A DNA stretch of 64,000 nucleotides from an uncultured virus (IMG/VR IMGVR_UViG_3300036766_001722) (taxonomy: Duplodnaviria; Heunggongvirae; Uroviricota; Caudoviricetes), in IMG/VR virus record IMGVR_UViG_3300036766_001722, one strand, 5' to 3'. A model generated the notes under the pieces. It ran no database searches. It had not been told where the DNA came from and was given only the letters and a program-made list of their open reading frames with translations. Made by a program: the position numbers and the translations under genes. Numbering within the stretch: the stretch's first letter is position 1; the number at the start of each line of letters is the position of its first letter. Below, one piece after another: positions 50,093 to 59,487 of this stretch.

Positions 50093-52057
50093 AGAAAAGA
50101 CTGCACCCCGCTCGGAGTCCAGCCCCGACGAGGTGATGATGTCCGAGCTTCCAGCCGTCGGACCCGGCAACTCGCGGACGAACCGCGAGGGATGAGTTTC
50201 GTCAGACGCGTTGCCCGAAGGCTGACGGTCAATGGGACGAGGTCATGGGCTCCATGTTAGTCAGCGCCGATCGACTGTCAAGAGAGAAAAGACGGCTCGT
50301 GTCTTCACAACGCATTCCGCGTGTCGTCCTGCGCCCTACCGTTCACACGACGTTCACACCTCGGTGCGCAGACCACATTTCGCCAGCCGCCATGGCGTGA
50401 ACGCCCGGGCACCACACCCCGAACGCATCATCTAGTTCGCATCCTCCGACTTCGCGACGATCGGTGTCTTGGCGGCTGCCTGCTTGCGCAGCTCGAAGAC
50501 GACCGACCCCATGCAGGAGAGGAAGAGGTTGCCCTCCTCCGGCACGAAGTTCGTCGTGATCGTACCGTCCTTCCAGGACAGCTTCGCGTGCTTCGTGTAC
50601 TTGATGCTGCGCCCGTCGCTGCGGGCGATCTCCGTGGGCGTGAACGCCTCGTGCTTGACCTCGAACTCCTCGACGGCGCGCACGAGCGCCTCGGCGAGCG
50701 CCGACGGGTCCGGCTGCTCGACCAGCGACAGCGTGTACGTGAAGTCCACGCGGCTGTTCGTCACGAGGAACCAGACGCCGATCGTCGCCTTGTCAGCGGT
50801 CAGCTCGCCCCACAGCGCCAAGATCTTCTTCGCGGCGGCGTGCTTCTCCACGTCCCCATACTCGACGAGGTCCGTCGTCGAGAACATCCGCGACGCGATC
50901 TTCATCCCAAGCTTGTCGCGCTCATCAGCCATGAGGCACCTCCCTCTCGCCGAGTGCGGCCACGATCAACGCAGCGAACGACCGCGCATCTTCGACCGAG
51001 CACGCGAACGACCGCTTCTCTCCGGATGGCTGCACCACGTCGAACCCGCAACCATCGCCGATGCGCTTCACCTTCACCCGGCAGCCTTGCTCGGTCGTCA
51101 GCTCATGCTCAGCCACGGACATTCTCGCCCTCGATCAGCGATGCCGCGTAGCGCACGCCAGCATCATGCTCCGTGCTCTTGCCGGTCACAGCAGCACGCA
51201 GCGTCGCGACCAACCGAGCGCGCTCGGCGGCGCGAATCGCGGCGTCATGCTCTGAGTTCGGATCGTGGTCGTGCCGCGACGCGACCGCTGCGTCGCGGAG
51301 TGCGTGCTTCCGCTCGCGCCCTTCCATCGAGTAGCGGCGCTCATGCTCAATGCCGTCGTAGCCGACGTACGCGTAGACGACGTCGTCACCGTCAATCCTC
51401 ACCGGACGGCCGGTGCGCGAACAGATCGCGTTGACGAGCACCTCTTCCTCTTCCGTCCAAGAAGACGGCACGCCGTGCACCTTGCAGTCGAGGTTCATCA
51501 CGAACTGCCCGTCGCCGAAGCCAGCGCCGTGATGATTGTCGATCACCGGACACGAGCAGCCGGCCGCGATCGCGGCTCTCGACCCCGGGGCGAGCACCTC
51601 AACCACCTGACGCCTCGACGCACGCGAGAGCATGCTCCATCGCCTCGATCTCGACGGCCGTCTCTTCACGTACCTTTGCCGCCGCGGCCTCGTACTGCTG
51701 CCGATCGGCGTAAGACGCACGCTGCCGAGCCAGCGCCTCATGGTCCGGCGACGCGCTCTTCGCTTCCAGGTCACGGATCCGGCGCTTGAGCCAGAAAATG
51801 GCGCGCTCCTTCTTGATCGTCATCGCGCGTCTCCTGTACGCGACAGAGCGAGTGCCGCGCCCCATCCGCGAAGCTTGTCGTGCGGATGCAGCTTCCGCGG
51901 CTCCATGTCGATGATCGGCCCGAGCCCATTCTTCGGCGTCGCGCCGCAGCGCTCGCAGTGGGGAACAGGCGGAAGCACGCTCATCCAGGCGGCTGGCACG
52001 GTGACCGGTCCGCCGCAGAGGGAGCAGGCGCCGACGAGATGCTTGGACATTGCGGCC

Positions 52058-52086
52058 ATGGTGCAAGGTGTCCGACAGGTTGTCAA
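52058..52086 (-). promoter_or_regulatory. operator-containing leaderless promoter
   Basis: TTGACA-acctgtcggacaccttg(17)-CACCAT-N7-ATG(52050). Confidence 0.7.
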
Positions 52087-52346
52087 GCGTCGCGCGTGCC
52101 GTTCTTCTTCCGGATCGCGTAGAGCACCGTCATCCCTAGCGACACCGAGCTGCTTGCCACCAGCGACGACGTCACGAGCTTCGAGCCGCGGACGCCCACG
52201 AGAGCGAGGCCTGGCGCGATGATCAAGGACCGGAGCAATGTCAGCCCAGCGACACGCCAGGCTGCTCCGGGAACTCCGTTCACCAGGTCGGCGATCGCAT
52301 AGTCGGACGGTGGCGCGTTCGCGGTGAGAAGAGGGTCTGCTGCCAT
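52083..52346 (-). CDS. small membrane protein
   Basis: Two hydrophobic segments, RKKN tail; TACGCT-N6-ATG. Confidence 0.6.
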   Translation of the reverse strand: MAADPLLTANAPPSDYAIADLVNGVPGAAWRVAGLTLLRSLIIAPGLALVGVRGSKLVTSSLVASSSVSLGMTVLYAIRKKNGTRDA

Positions 52347-52379
52347 GAACGAAGCGTACCACCGTGGTAGGCTCGCACC

Positions 52380-52802
52380 ATGAGCTACACGACGCGCCAG
52401 GCAAGAGCCATGTCATCACGGCGTCCTGCTCTCGGCCAAGAACTAGACGCCGCGACGTCAAGCGCCATCGTCTCTGCAGCGCAAGCGAATGCGATCACGG
52501 GCGCCACCCCGACGCAGGCGAACGCACAGGTCACGGCAGCGAACGCAGCTCGCCAGGCTGCGATGATTCGTCCCATTGCTATTGGCGCTGGCGCGCTCGC
52601 TCTTTTCATCGGCGGCTCGTGGGCACTCAATCTGGTCGCAAAACGTGCAGCGGGCATCGACGGATCTGTGTGGAGTGCCACCGGCAAGCAACAACTGATC
52701 TACACCGGACTTTCGCTCGGAGTCGTTTTCCCCGTCGCGCTCGCCATGAAAGCGTCCGGTGTTGACACCGCGATCTTGAACGCGACGAGGTCGCAGACCT
52801 GA
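52380..52802 (+). CDS. membrane protein, MSY-LGQ family
   Basis: MSYTT...PALGQ, 2 TM; TAGGCT-N6-ATG. Confidence 0.7.
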   Translation: MSYTTRQARAMSSRRPALGQELDAATSSAIVSAAQANAITGATPTQANAQVTAANAARQAAMIRPIAIGAGALALFIGGSWALNLVAKRAAGIDGSVWSATGKQQLIYTGLSLGVVFPVALAMKASGVDTAILNATRSQT

Positions 52803-52834
52803 TCGTCAACGGGTGACGTGTTACGCTCCACGTC

Positions 52835-53668
52835 ATGAGCTACACGGCCGTCTGCCCGCCAGGGCGCTTCCGCCTGATCGTGGACGGCGTCGACGGCGGA
52901 TGCCGTGTCGGAATCGCTCCGTGCCGTCCGCCAGCGGACTGTTCTGGACGGGCCGTCATCAGTCTGCGTACGGGCCTCGGCACGGCCCCCGTGTCCGCGC
53001 CGACGATGAACGACCAGGCCGATCAGGCGCTCGCCGATCAGGTCGGCATCACGGTCCCGTTTCTGCGCGCCGTACGCAAGATCGAATCAGGCGGCAGCCC
53101 GACTTCGCTCCGCTTCGAGCCGAACAAGTTCCGCGATGCGACGCGGCACCGATTCGACTCGCAGATTCCCTACACACCGAGCAGCGGCACCGGGGGGCCC
53201 TCCCACGTTCCGTCCGAGACCAACAAGGCAGCGTTTCAGCGAGCCTACGCCCTCGATCCGGCCAGTGCCGTCGCCGCCGCGTCGTGGGGACTGTACCAAG
53301 AAATGGGCAGCACTCTGCTCGGCCTCTTCGGAGGAGATCCGGCCACCGCCATCGCCGGGTTTTACGCCGACCCGGCAGGCGTGAGCGACAGGCTGCTGCT
53401 CGCATGGATGAGAGCGCGCCCGGCCGCGCTGGCCGCTGCCCGAGCGCTCGACTTCGCGACCTTCGCCCACCTCTACAACGGCGCCCCGCTACCGAACGCC
53501 ACGCCCTACAGCACGCGGCTTCGCGCCGCCTACGACTCTGCGCTCACGACATGGACCGGCATCTCTCCCGGAATCCAGTGGGTGCCGATCGCCATCGGCG
53601 CCACCGCGGTCGCCGCCAGCGCCGGGTTCGCGTTCTGGGCGTGGCGCCGGTCACGCCGCAAGAAATAA
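52835..53668 (+). CDS. membrane-anchored N-acetylmuramidase (DUF3380-like) with MSY-GLG leader
   Basis: LRAVRKIESGG, RFEP..F, ASWGLYQ.MG, FAHLYNG, Y..RL..AY; LRTGLG; TM + RRSRRKK. Confidence 0.8.
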   Translation: MSYTAVCPPGRFRLIVDGVDGGCRVGIAPCRPPADCSGRAVISLRTGLGTAPVSAPTMNDQADQALADQVGITVPFLRAVRKIESGGSPTSLRFEPNKFRDATRHRFDSQIPYTPSSGTGGPSHVPSETNKAAFQRAYALDPASAVAAASWGLYQEMGSTLLGLFGGDPATAIAGFYADPAGVSDRLLLAWMRARPAALAAARALDFATFAHLYNGAPLPNATPYSTRLRAAYDSALTTWTGISPGIQWVPIAIGATAVAASAGFAFWAWRRSRRKK

Positions 53669-54398
53669 ATCGGCCTCCTAGGCTGGTACCCCAGGAGGCC
53701 GGCCCCGCGGCGCCGCAAGTCGCGCACCCCGCGATTACTTCGACGATGGCACGACCTGACGATCAGGACAAGATGCAACGGCCGCCAGTGGATGCTGGCG
53801 GCCGCTGGGGGATTGATTGGCGTTAGAGCGAGCTGTACCGCCTAGGAACGGCCATCTCTCGAAGTCGCAAGCGTCTTCGTCTAACGCCACCACGCATTCG
53901 CCCGGGCTCCTGCGCGGCGGAACCACCATCCCATTTCATCGTTGACCTGTCAATAGGAACATGTCAGACACGTACCCATGCCGCCGAAGAACAACGACCA
54001 GGGCCGCCCGAAGATGCGAAGCCGCGACATCAGCCTCCCTCCTGGGCTCAAGGGCGCCGTGTGCAGCGCGATCTTCTCGCGCACCCTGTGCTGTCCCCGC
54101 TGCCGTCAGAACGTGCGCCGTCACGACTTCGAGCGCCACATCGGCTCGTGCGGCAGCTCTAACGGTCCGCGCGTGCCCGAGGCAGCGTGAACCGCGACGA
54201 CTTCGAGGAGTGGGTCAACGACCACCTGAGCGAAGCGTTCGAAGAACTCCGCGACATCGAGTGCTCGAACAGAAGGTGGATCGTGATGTTCAGCGACTCC
54301 CTGCTCGCCATCGCCAAACGCGAAGAGAGCGAAGGCGAGCCCGACAACGACGACGTCGATGACGACCTCGTTCTCGCTGGCGGCGACGAGGACGAGGC

Positions 54399-55265
54399 AT
54401 GATCCGCTTCCGTCACGCCGATGACGAGAAGCGCTACATCGCACTCCGCTCCGAGCTGTTTCGCGTCATCGCAAGCAGGCTCTCCCCCGAGCATGCCACC
54501 GCCGCCATGCGTGATCTCGGCAAGCTCGAGAGCCTCCTCTTCTACGAGGGCACGCGGCAGGGGTTCGCGTGCGCCGCGCTCGCCGGTCTCGGCACCGGCC
54601 TGCCCGCCATCCAGGAGATGAAGTATCCACAGGCACTCGCACACGTATACGGCTCGGCGGATACGCCGCTCGCTGCCATCGAGCAGGAGCACCTCGATCG
54701 CCTCGGTCCGACCGCGCGCTCGGCGGCTGCGCAACATCCGTGGCTCTCCGACACGCCGATGCGCTACGCCCCGAGCACCTATGCGGAGTTCGTGGGGATG
54801 CAAGAAGCGCCTCCACCCATGATTCGCGTCGACGCGCCCGGACCGCCGATTCCTATCGTCAAGCGTCAGCAAGATGCTGCGCCTACGCCGCCTGCGCTTC
54901 AGGAAGCCGCTGAACGCGAGCACGATGTCTCCCCCGGAGACGTCGAGAAGCTCATCGCAATCTTCGAGAGCGACGACGCGATGGGACCGTCGATCCAGTC
55001 GCCTGAGATGATCGAGCGCGCTCGCGACTCCATCGCGATGCTGACCAAGGCGGGCGTGAAGTTCGAGTCGTGGGTCGCTCTCGTGCTGCGATTGCAGCGT
55101 GAAACGGGAATGAATGCGCACGAGATCGACGACGTGCTCGGGAGTCCCTCGGGCATCACCATGCTGACGCAGATGAACATCGGCGTCCGCCCGGCGCCGT
55201 CAGTCACGGTGGACGACATCGTCATCCCTGGCGAAGGCGTGCTCCTCACGGGACCGCAGGGCTGA
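54399..55265 (+). CDS. hypothetical protein
   Basis: ATGA-coupled, natural composition. Confidence 0.6.
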   Translation: MIRFRHADDEKRYIALRSELFRVIASRLSPEHATAAMRDLGKLESLLFYEGTRQGFACAALAGLGTGLPAIQEMKYPQALAHVYGSADTPLAAIEQEHLDRLGPTARSAAAQHPWLSDTPMRYAPSTYAEFVGMQEAPPPMIRVDAPGPPIPIVKRQQDAAPTPPALQEAAEREHDVSPGDVEKLIAIFESDDAMGPSIQSPEMIERARDSIAMLTKAGVKFESWVALVLRLQRETGMNAHEIDDVLGSPSGITMLTQMNIGVRPAPSVTVDDIVIPGEGVLLTGPQG

Positions 55266-55562
55266 TGCCGCTCTGGGCGCAGATCGCGATCCCCGCGTAC
55301 ATCCTGCCGGCGATCGGATACTCGTTCTGGATCGCCCACGAGGTCGCGGACAAGGGGACGTTCTCGGTGCAGGGACCGGCCAACGTCTCTCCCGAACGGA
55401 AAGCGGAACTCGAGCGCGAGATGAAGGCCGGCATGCAAATCGGCATGTACCTGATGGTGATCATCGCCGGACTCGCCTGGCCAATCGTCGCGATCCACTT
55501 CGTCTACACCAAGCTCCGCTACGGAAACGACGACGAAGGCGACGACGACGACGACGTGCCGT

Positions 55563-56192
55563 CTACTTAGCCCACGCCCTGACAATCATCGTGAGGCCGG
55601 CGAGGCCGACGACCACACCAGCCGCGATCCCCACGGCCGTCCAGTCAGTCTTGCCAGGGGAGAGGCCCTTCTTCCGCCGCGTCCATTCGGCGTAGACATT
55701 GTTCGCCCACGACTGACCGAGCCCACTCGACGCCACGAAGTGCACGCAGTCAGGCGTCCGTCCGGCACAGTTCGGCGCCGTGTACGACCGGCTGTCGATG
55801 TACCGCGACCCGAACACCTGCCTGAACATCGGTGCCGTCGCGTTCACACGTGCCGTGAGATTCGCGCTCGCGTAGGAAGGCGCTCCGATGAACCACGTCT
55901 CGGGTCCGACGTCACGTAGCGCCGTGGCAGCGGGTGCCGTGCGATCGGCCCGGTAGATGTCGTTCGTGCCGAGGATGTAGAAGACGTAGTCCGGAGGCGG
56001 GGAGCCGTGCACGATCCCGAGCACCTGGTTCCACGGGTAGCCATCGTTCGCCGCGTTGCCGACCCACCGGTCTGCGGTCCAGCCCACGTTCCCGAGGAGA
56101 TCGACCTGCGCGCCCTGCGCTTCGAAGAGCTGCTTGAGCCGTTGCCCCATGGGGCCCGCGGCTTGGCTGTCGCCTACGATCAGGACGCGCAC
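55563..56192 (-). CDS. SGNH/GDSL hydrolase with C-terminal TM anchor
   Basis: VLIVGDS, LGTND, DCVH; C-terminal TM. Confidence 0.85.
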   Translation of the reverse strand: MRVLIVGDSQAAGPMGQRLKQLFEAQGAQVDLLGNVGWTADRWVGNAANDGYPWNQVLGIVHGSPPPDYVFYILGTNDIYRADRTAPAATALRDVGPETWFIGAPSYASANLTARVNATAPMFRQVFGSRYIDSRSYTAPNCAGRTPDCVHFVASSGLGQSWANNVYAEWTRRKKGLSPGKTDWTAVGIAAGVVVGLAGLTMIVRAWAK

Positions 56193-56626
56193 CGAGCGCG
56201 CTTCCTGTTCTTCGCCACCGGCCTCTTCTTCAGCAGGGCGACCGTCATCAGCGCCACGATCCCGATGCCAGCCGCTGCGGCGACCGGAATCGCCCAGCCC
56301 GGCAGCGCCGAACTCGGAGCCGTCGCGTCCGGCGTGATGAAGGACGGCACGGTGCTGAACGCCGGATCTTCGGCGGGGCCTGTGCCGCCGCCCGTTCGCG
56401 CATCCGCACCCCTCACCAGGCCGCCGATCAGCGCGCCACCGGCGCTGATCAGGCCGGTCATGAGCGCTCCCGATCCCGAACCCGCGCTCGTGCCGCCCGA
56501 AGTCGACGACGGCTTCGCACCGCCCGTGTAGCCCTGGTCCTTGCGCAACGACGAGATCATCGACTGGAACGCAGCATCGTCCGCCGCGTCTCCAAGCACG
56601 CGCGCATGGTGACCGTGATAGCTCAC
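56180..56626 (-). CDS. membrane protein, MSY / TM-NR family
   Basis: (M)SYHGHHARVLGD...TM...VAKNRKRAR. Confidence 0.75.
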   Translation of the reverse strand: MSYHGHHARVLGDAADDAAFQSMISSLRKDQGYTGGAKPSSTSGGTSAGSGSGALMTGLISAGGALIGGLVRGADARTGGGTGPAEDPAFSTVPSFITPDATAPSSALPGWAIPVAAAAGIGIVALMTVALLKKRPVAKNRKRARCAS

Positions 56627-56633
56627 GACGATC

Positions 56634-58469
56634 TCACACGTGCGGGTGCGAGTGACGGCGAGGCGCCGCGCGACGGCGGCGAGCGCGGGCACGGTTCGAG
56701 GTGACCTTCTTCTCCGGCTTGAAGAGGAACCACCCGAGCCCAGCCACGCCAGCGACTCCGACACCGACCCAGACCCACGGCACCTGCGATGGGGCGGACA
56801 CCGACGGCCCAGTAGGCGCCGGGATCACGAAGCCACCATCGGGCGTCGTCCCGGGGACCGTTCCATCGGGCGTCGTCGCGCCCGGAGGCGGCTGCGCACC
56901 CGGAGGCGGCGCGCTCGCGACGATCGCGTTCTTGGCGGTCGTCGCCGCGTTCGTGATGTCGGTCACAGCCTGCGTCGCCACGGACTGCAATGCGTCGATC
57001 GACGGCACGTTCGTCGTGGCGGTCAGCCCCGGCGGCAGCGGGTTGTGCAGGTCTAGGTCTAGGTCTAGGCCGAGACCGCCCAGCATGCGCTGGATCCACG
57101 ACTTGCGACGCGGGCGGTACCCGCTCAGTCCGGCGAAGCCGCTGAGCGCCGTGCTCTGCGCCGACGTCGCGAGCTGCGACGCGAGAGTTCGCGCGATGCC
57201 CGCGTTGTTCATGAGCGCTGCGTACGCAGGAGTCGCGGCGCCCTTGATCGCCATCAGCACCTGGCACTTCACGGCGTTCTTCGCGATCTCGAACCGCGCA
57301 CTGTCCATCGCAGCCTGCACGCTCGGCGTGATCGCCATCCCGAGGATGGAATCGGCGGTGAACTGCGTCGCTGCCGACGCCGCCGCGCGCCCAAGCTGCG
57401 TGGCGACGTCGGTCGCCGTCGTGATCGCAGTCGACCACGCCGGGATGCTTGCCGTCAGCGCGGCGATCTGCTGCTGCGCCGCCGCCGCTGCTGCGTCCAC
57501 CGACGCCTGGTCGGTGGCGGCCGACATGGTCTGCTTCGCGGCGGACACGATGCCCGGAATCGATTGCGCAGCGCGCACCGCTGCGGTTCTCGCCGCGGTA
57601 ACGGTCGACAGTGCTGCCTGCCCTTGCGTGACGAGACGCGCGAGGTTGGCGGCGGCCTGCTGGATCGCCGCAGCGGGAGCGCCGACGTTCGGCGTCATCG
57701 TCATCGAGAGCGCAGCGGAGAGGCTCGCGAAGCTACCCTCGACCATCAGCACGGACCGCAGGATCTGCGCATTCGCGCGTGGCCAGTTGTCCGCGAACGC
57801 CGTCCAGTCCGGCACCGCCGGAAGTGCGGACGCCGAGAACGGCGCCACTGCCGGAAGCCCCACGCCGAGGCTGACCGGAAGCGCCCCACCCGTACCCAGC
57901 GGCCCCGAGGCTACCGCTGCCATCGCTGCCGTTCGGATTGCATTCGCGACGGCCGACGCGGGAGCCGAGCCGTTCTTCACGAACATGAGGGCCCACGCCA
58001 CGCCCTTGCTGGCCGACGGGTTGTTCTCCGGACGCGGGATGAATCCAGCGAGCGCCACGCTCTGCGCTGCCTGCATTCGCTGGACCCACGTCTTCATCGG
58101 TCCGACGTCAACGGAAGCGCCTCCGACCATCGGGACGGGCATGCCTCCGTACGAGTACCCTCCGCCGCTGGCTGACGACTGCGGCGGCTGGGCCGGCACG
58201 ATCACGGCCGCTCTCGGCTGCCACGTCACGAGCGGCCACACGTACGCAAGCACCATCCCCTCATCCAGGGTGCTCGGAGGCGCCGCGTACATCACCGGCG
58301 GCTGACAGTCACGCGGAACAAGGGCGTCAAGCGCCGAGACGCCGACCAGCGACGCGACGTCACCGCCGCCGCTGCTACCGCCGCCGCCGCCGGTCACCCC
58401 TGCCCTCATGGCAATGTCGCGTCCCGTGAAGACCATCGGGCCTTGGCCCATGCCGTGGTGGTAACTCAT
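56634..58469 (-). CDS. large Ala-rich membrane protein, MSY / TM-NR family
   Basis: MSYHHGMGQ; LGGLG; TM; VTSNRARARRRR; TAGGAT-N6-ATG. Confidence 0.8.
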   Translation of the reverse strand: MSYHHGMGQGPMVFTGRDIAMRAGVTGGGGGSSGGGDVASLVGVSALDALVPRDCQPPVMYAAPPSTLDEGMVLAYVWPLVTWQPRAAVIVPAQPPQSSASGGGYSYGGMPVPMVGGASVDVGPMKTWVQRMQAAQSVALAGFIPRPENNPSASKGVAWALMFVKNGSAPASAVANAIRTAAMAAVASGPLGTGGALPVSLGVGLPAVAPFSASALPAVPDWTAFADNWPRANAQILRSVLMVEGSFASLSAALSMTMTPNVGAPAAAIQQAAANLARLVTQGQAALSTVTAARTAAVRAAQSIPGIVSAAKQTMSAATDQASVDAAAAAAQQQIAALTASIPAWSTAITTATDVATQLGRAAASAATQFTADSILGMAITPSVQAAMDSARFEIAKNAVKCQVLMAIKGAATPAYAALMNNAGIARTLASQLATSAQSTALSGFAGLSGYRPRRKSWIQRMLGGLGLDLDLDLHNPLPPGLTATTNVPSIDALQSVATQAVTDITNAATTAKNAIVASAPPPGAQPPPGATTPDGTVPGTTPDGGFVIPAPTGPSVSAPSQVPWVWVGVGVAGVAGLGWFLFKPEKKVTSNRARARRRRAAPRRHSHPHV

Positions 58470-58483
58470 GACGTGATCCTATC

Positions 58484-58759
58484 CTATCGGCGACGGTTCG
58501 TCACTACCGAGCCGGCCTTGCGCCGCATCTTGCGGACGACGAAGAACGCGCCCACGCCGAGACCGACGAGAGCCACTCCTCCTGCGGCGTACGCCATCCA
58601 GTGCGAGCCTCCCGACACCAGAGCCGGACTCTGCGTCGATGCCGGAGGCGTCGACAGCACCGGCATCAAAGTCGGCGCGTCGTACGTCTGCCGGAAGGTC
58701 GCCACCGGAAGAAGCGCTTCCGAGGTAAGCTGTCCCACTCCACCGTCGTGATAGCTCAT
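58484..58759 (-). CDS. membrane protein, MSY / TM-NR family
   Basis: MSYHDGGVGQ...TM...VVTNRRR. Confidence 0.75.
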   Translation of the reverse strand: MSYHDGGVGQLTSEALLPVATFRQTYDAPTLMPVLSTPPASTQSPALVSGGSHWMAYAAGGVALVGLGVGAFFVVRKMRRKAGSVVTNRRR

Positions 58760-59487
58760 CTCGTTCTCCTTGTGCGGCGGCGGCGGTTTGCCTTCACGGC
58801 AGGCGCTGCTGCCGTCGTGGCACGATGCCCGCCCTTCAAGATCAGCGCGGCGACGAGCAGCGACAGCACTCCGCCGCCCGCTGCGAACACGACGATCTTG
58901 TTCTTTGCGAACCAGCTCGCGCTCTTCGCGCCGAGCGCGTACGCCTTGGCCGCTTCGTAGTCGACCGTCAACTGCGCGAGCTTCGGAACGCCGTTCGCAT
59001 CGGGGGTCATGTCGATCCGCCCCGGCGGCGTCGCGAGCTGTTGCATCGCGCACGTGACGCAGTCCTGGCGCTGGCTGTCGTCGAGCGCGCCGGTGTCGAT
59101 CAACTGGTTACACGCAACCTTTGCCTGAACGTTCCCGACGAGCGCGTCGCCAGACAGCACCTGCGCTGACTCGGTACAGAACCTCTGCGCCACCAGATCG
59201 GACGGGAATAGCTGGGCGCACGCCACCTGACTCGCCGCTCCTGCGGCAGCCGCCTGCTGAACCGCAGCCTGCTGTGCCTGCGCGGTCGGCGACGCTGACT
59301 GACGCAGCGACGTAAACCGCGCGGCTCCTGCCTGCTGGATTGCCTTCTGAGCGATCGCGGTGATGATCTGCACCGACGGCGCGCCGCTGCCGGGCAACCC
59401 GCCCGAGATCGTGCTCGACGGCGTTCCGGTAGAGGTGCTCTCCGTAACCGCGTCGCCAAGCGCGTGGCCCCGACGGTAGTAACTCAC
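58756..59487 (-). CDS. membrane protein, MSY / TM-NR family
   Basis: (M)SYYRRGHALGD...TM...VKANRRRRTRRTR. Confidence 0.8.
   Translation of the reverse strand: MSYYRRGHALGDAVTESTSTGTPSSTISGGLPGSGAPSVQIITAIAQKAIQQAGAARFTSLRQSASPTAQAQQAAVQQAAAAGAASQVACAQLFPSDLVAQRFCTESAQVLSGDALVGNVQAKVACNQLIDTGALDDSQRQDCVTCAMQQLATPPGRIDMTPDANGVPKLAQLTVDYEAAKAYALGAKSASWFAKNKIVVFAAGGGVLSLLVAALILKGGHRATTAAAPAVKANRRRRTRRTR

Noticed and set aside
49968..50205. Hammerhead ribozyme from CTGATGA / GAAAC motifs
   Set aside because: CTGATGA sits in closed 7-nt hairpin loops and the three-stem junction could not be built.
57051..57069. GTCTAG x3 microsatellite
   Set aside because: In-frame LDLDLDL coding repeat, too short to interpret.
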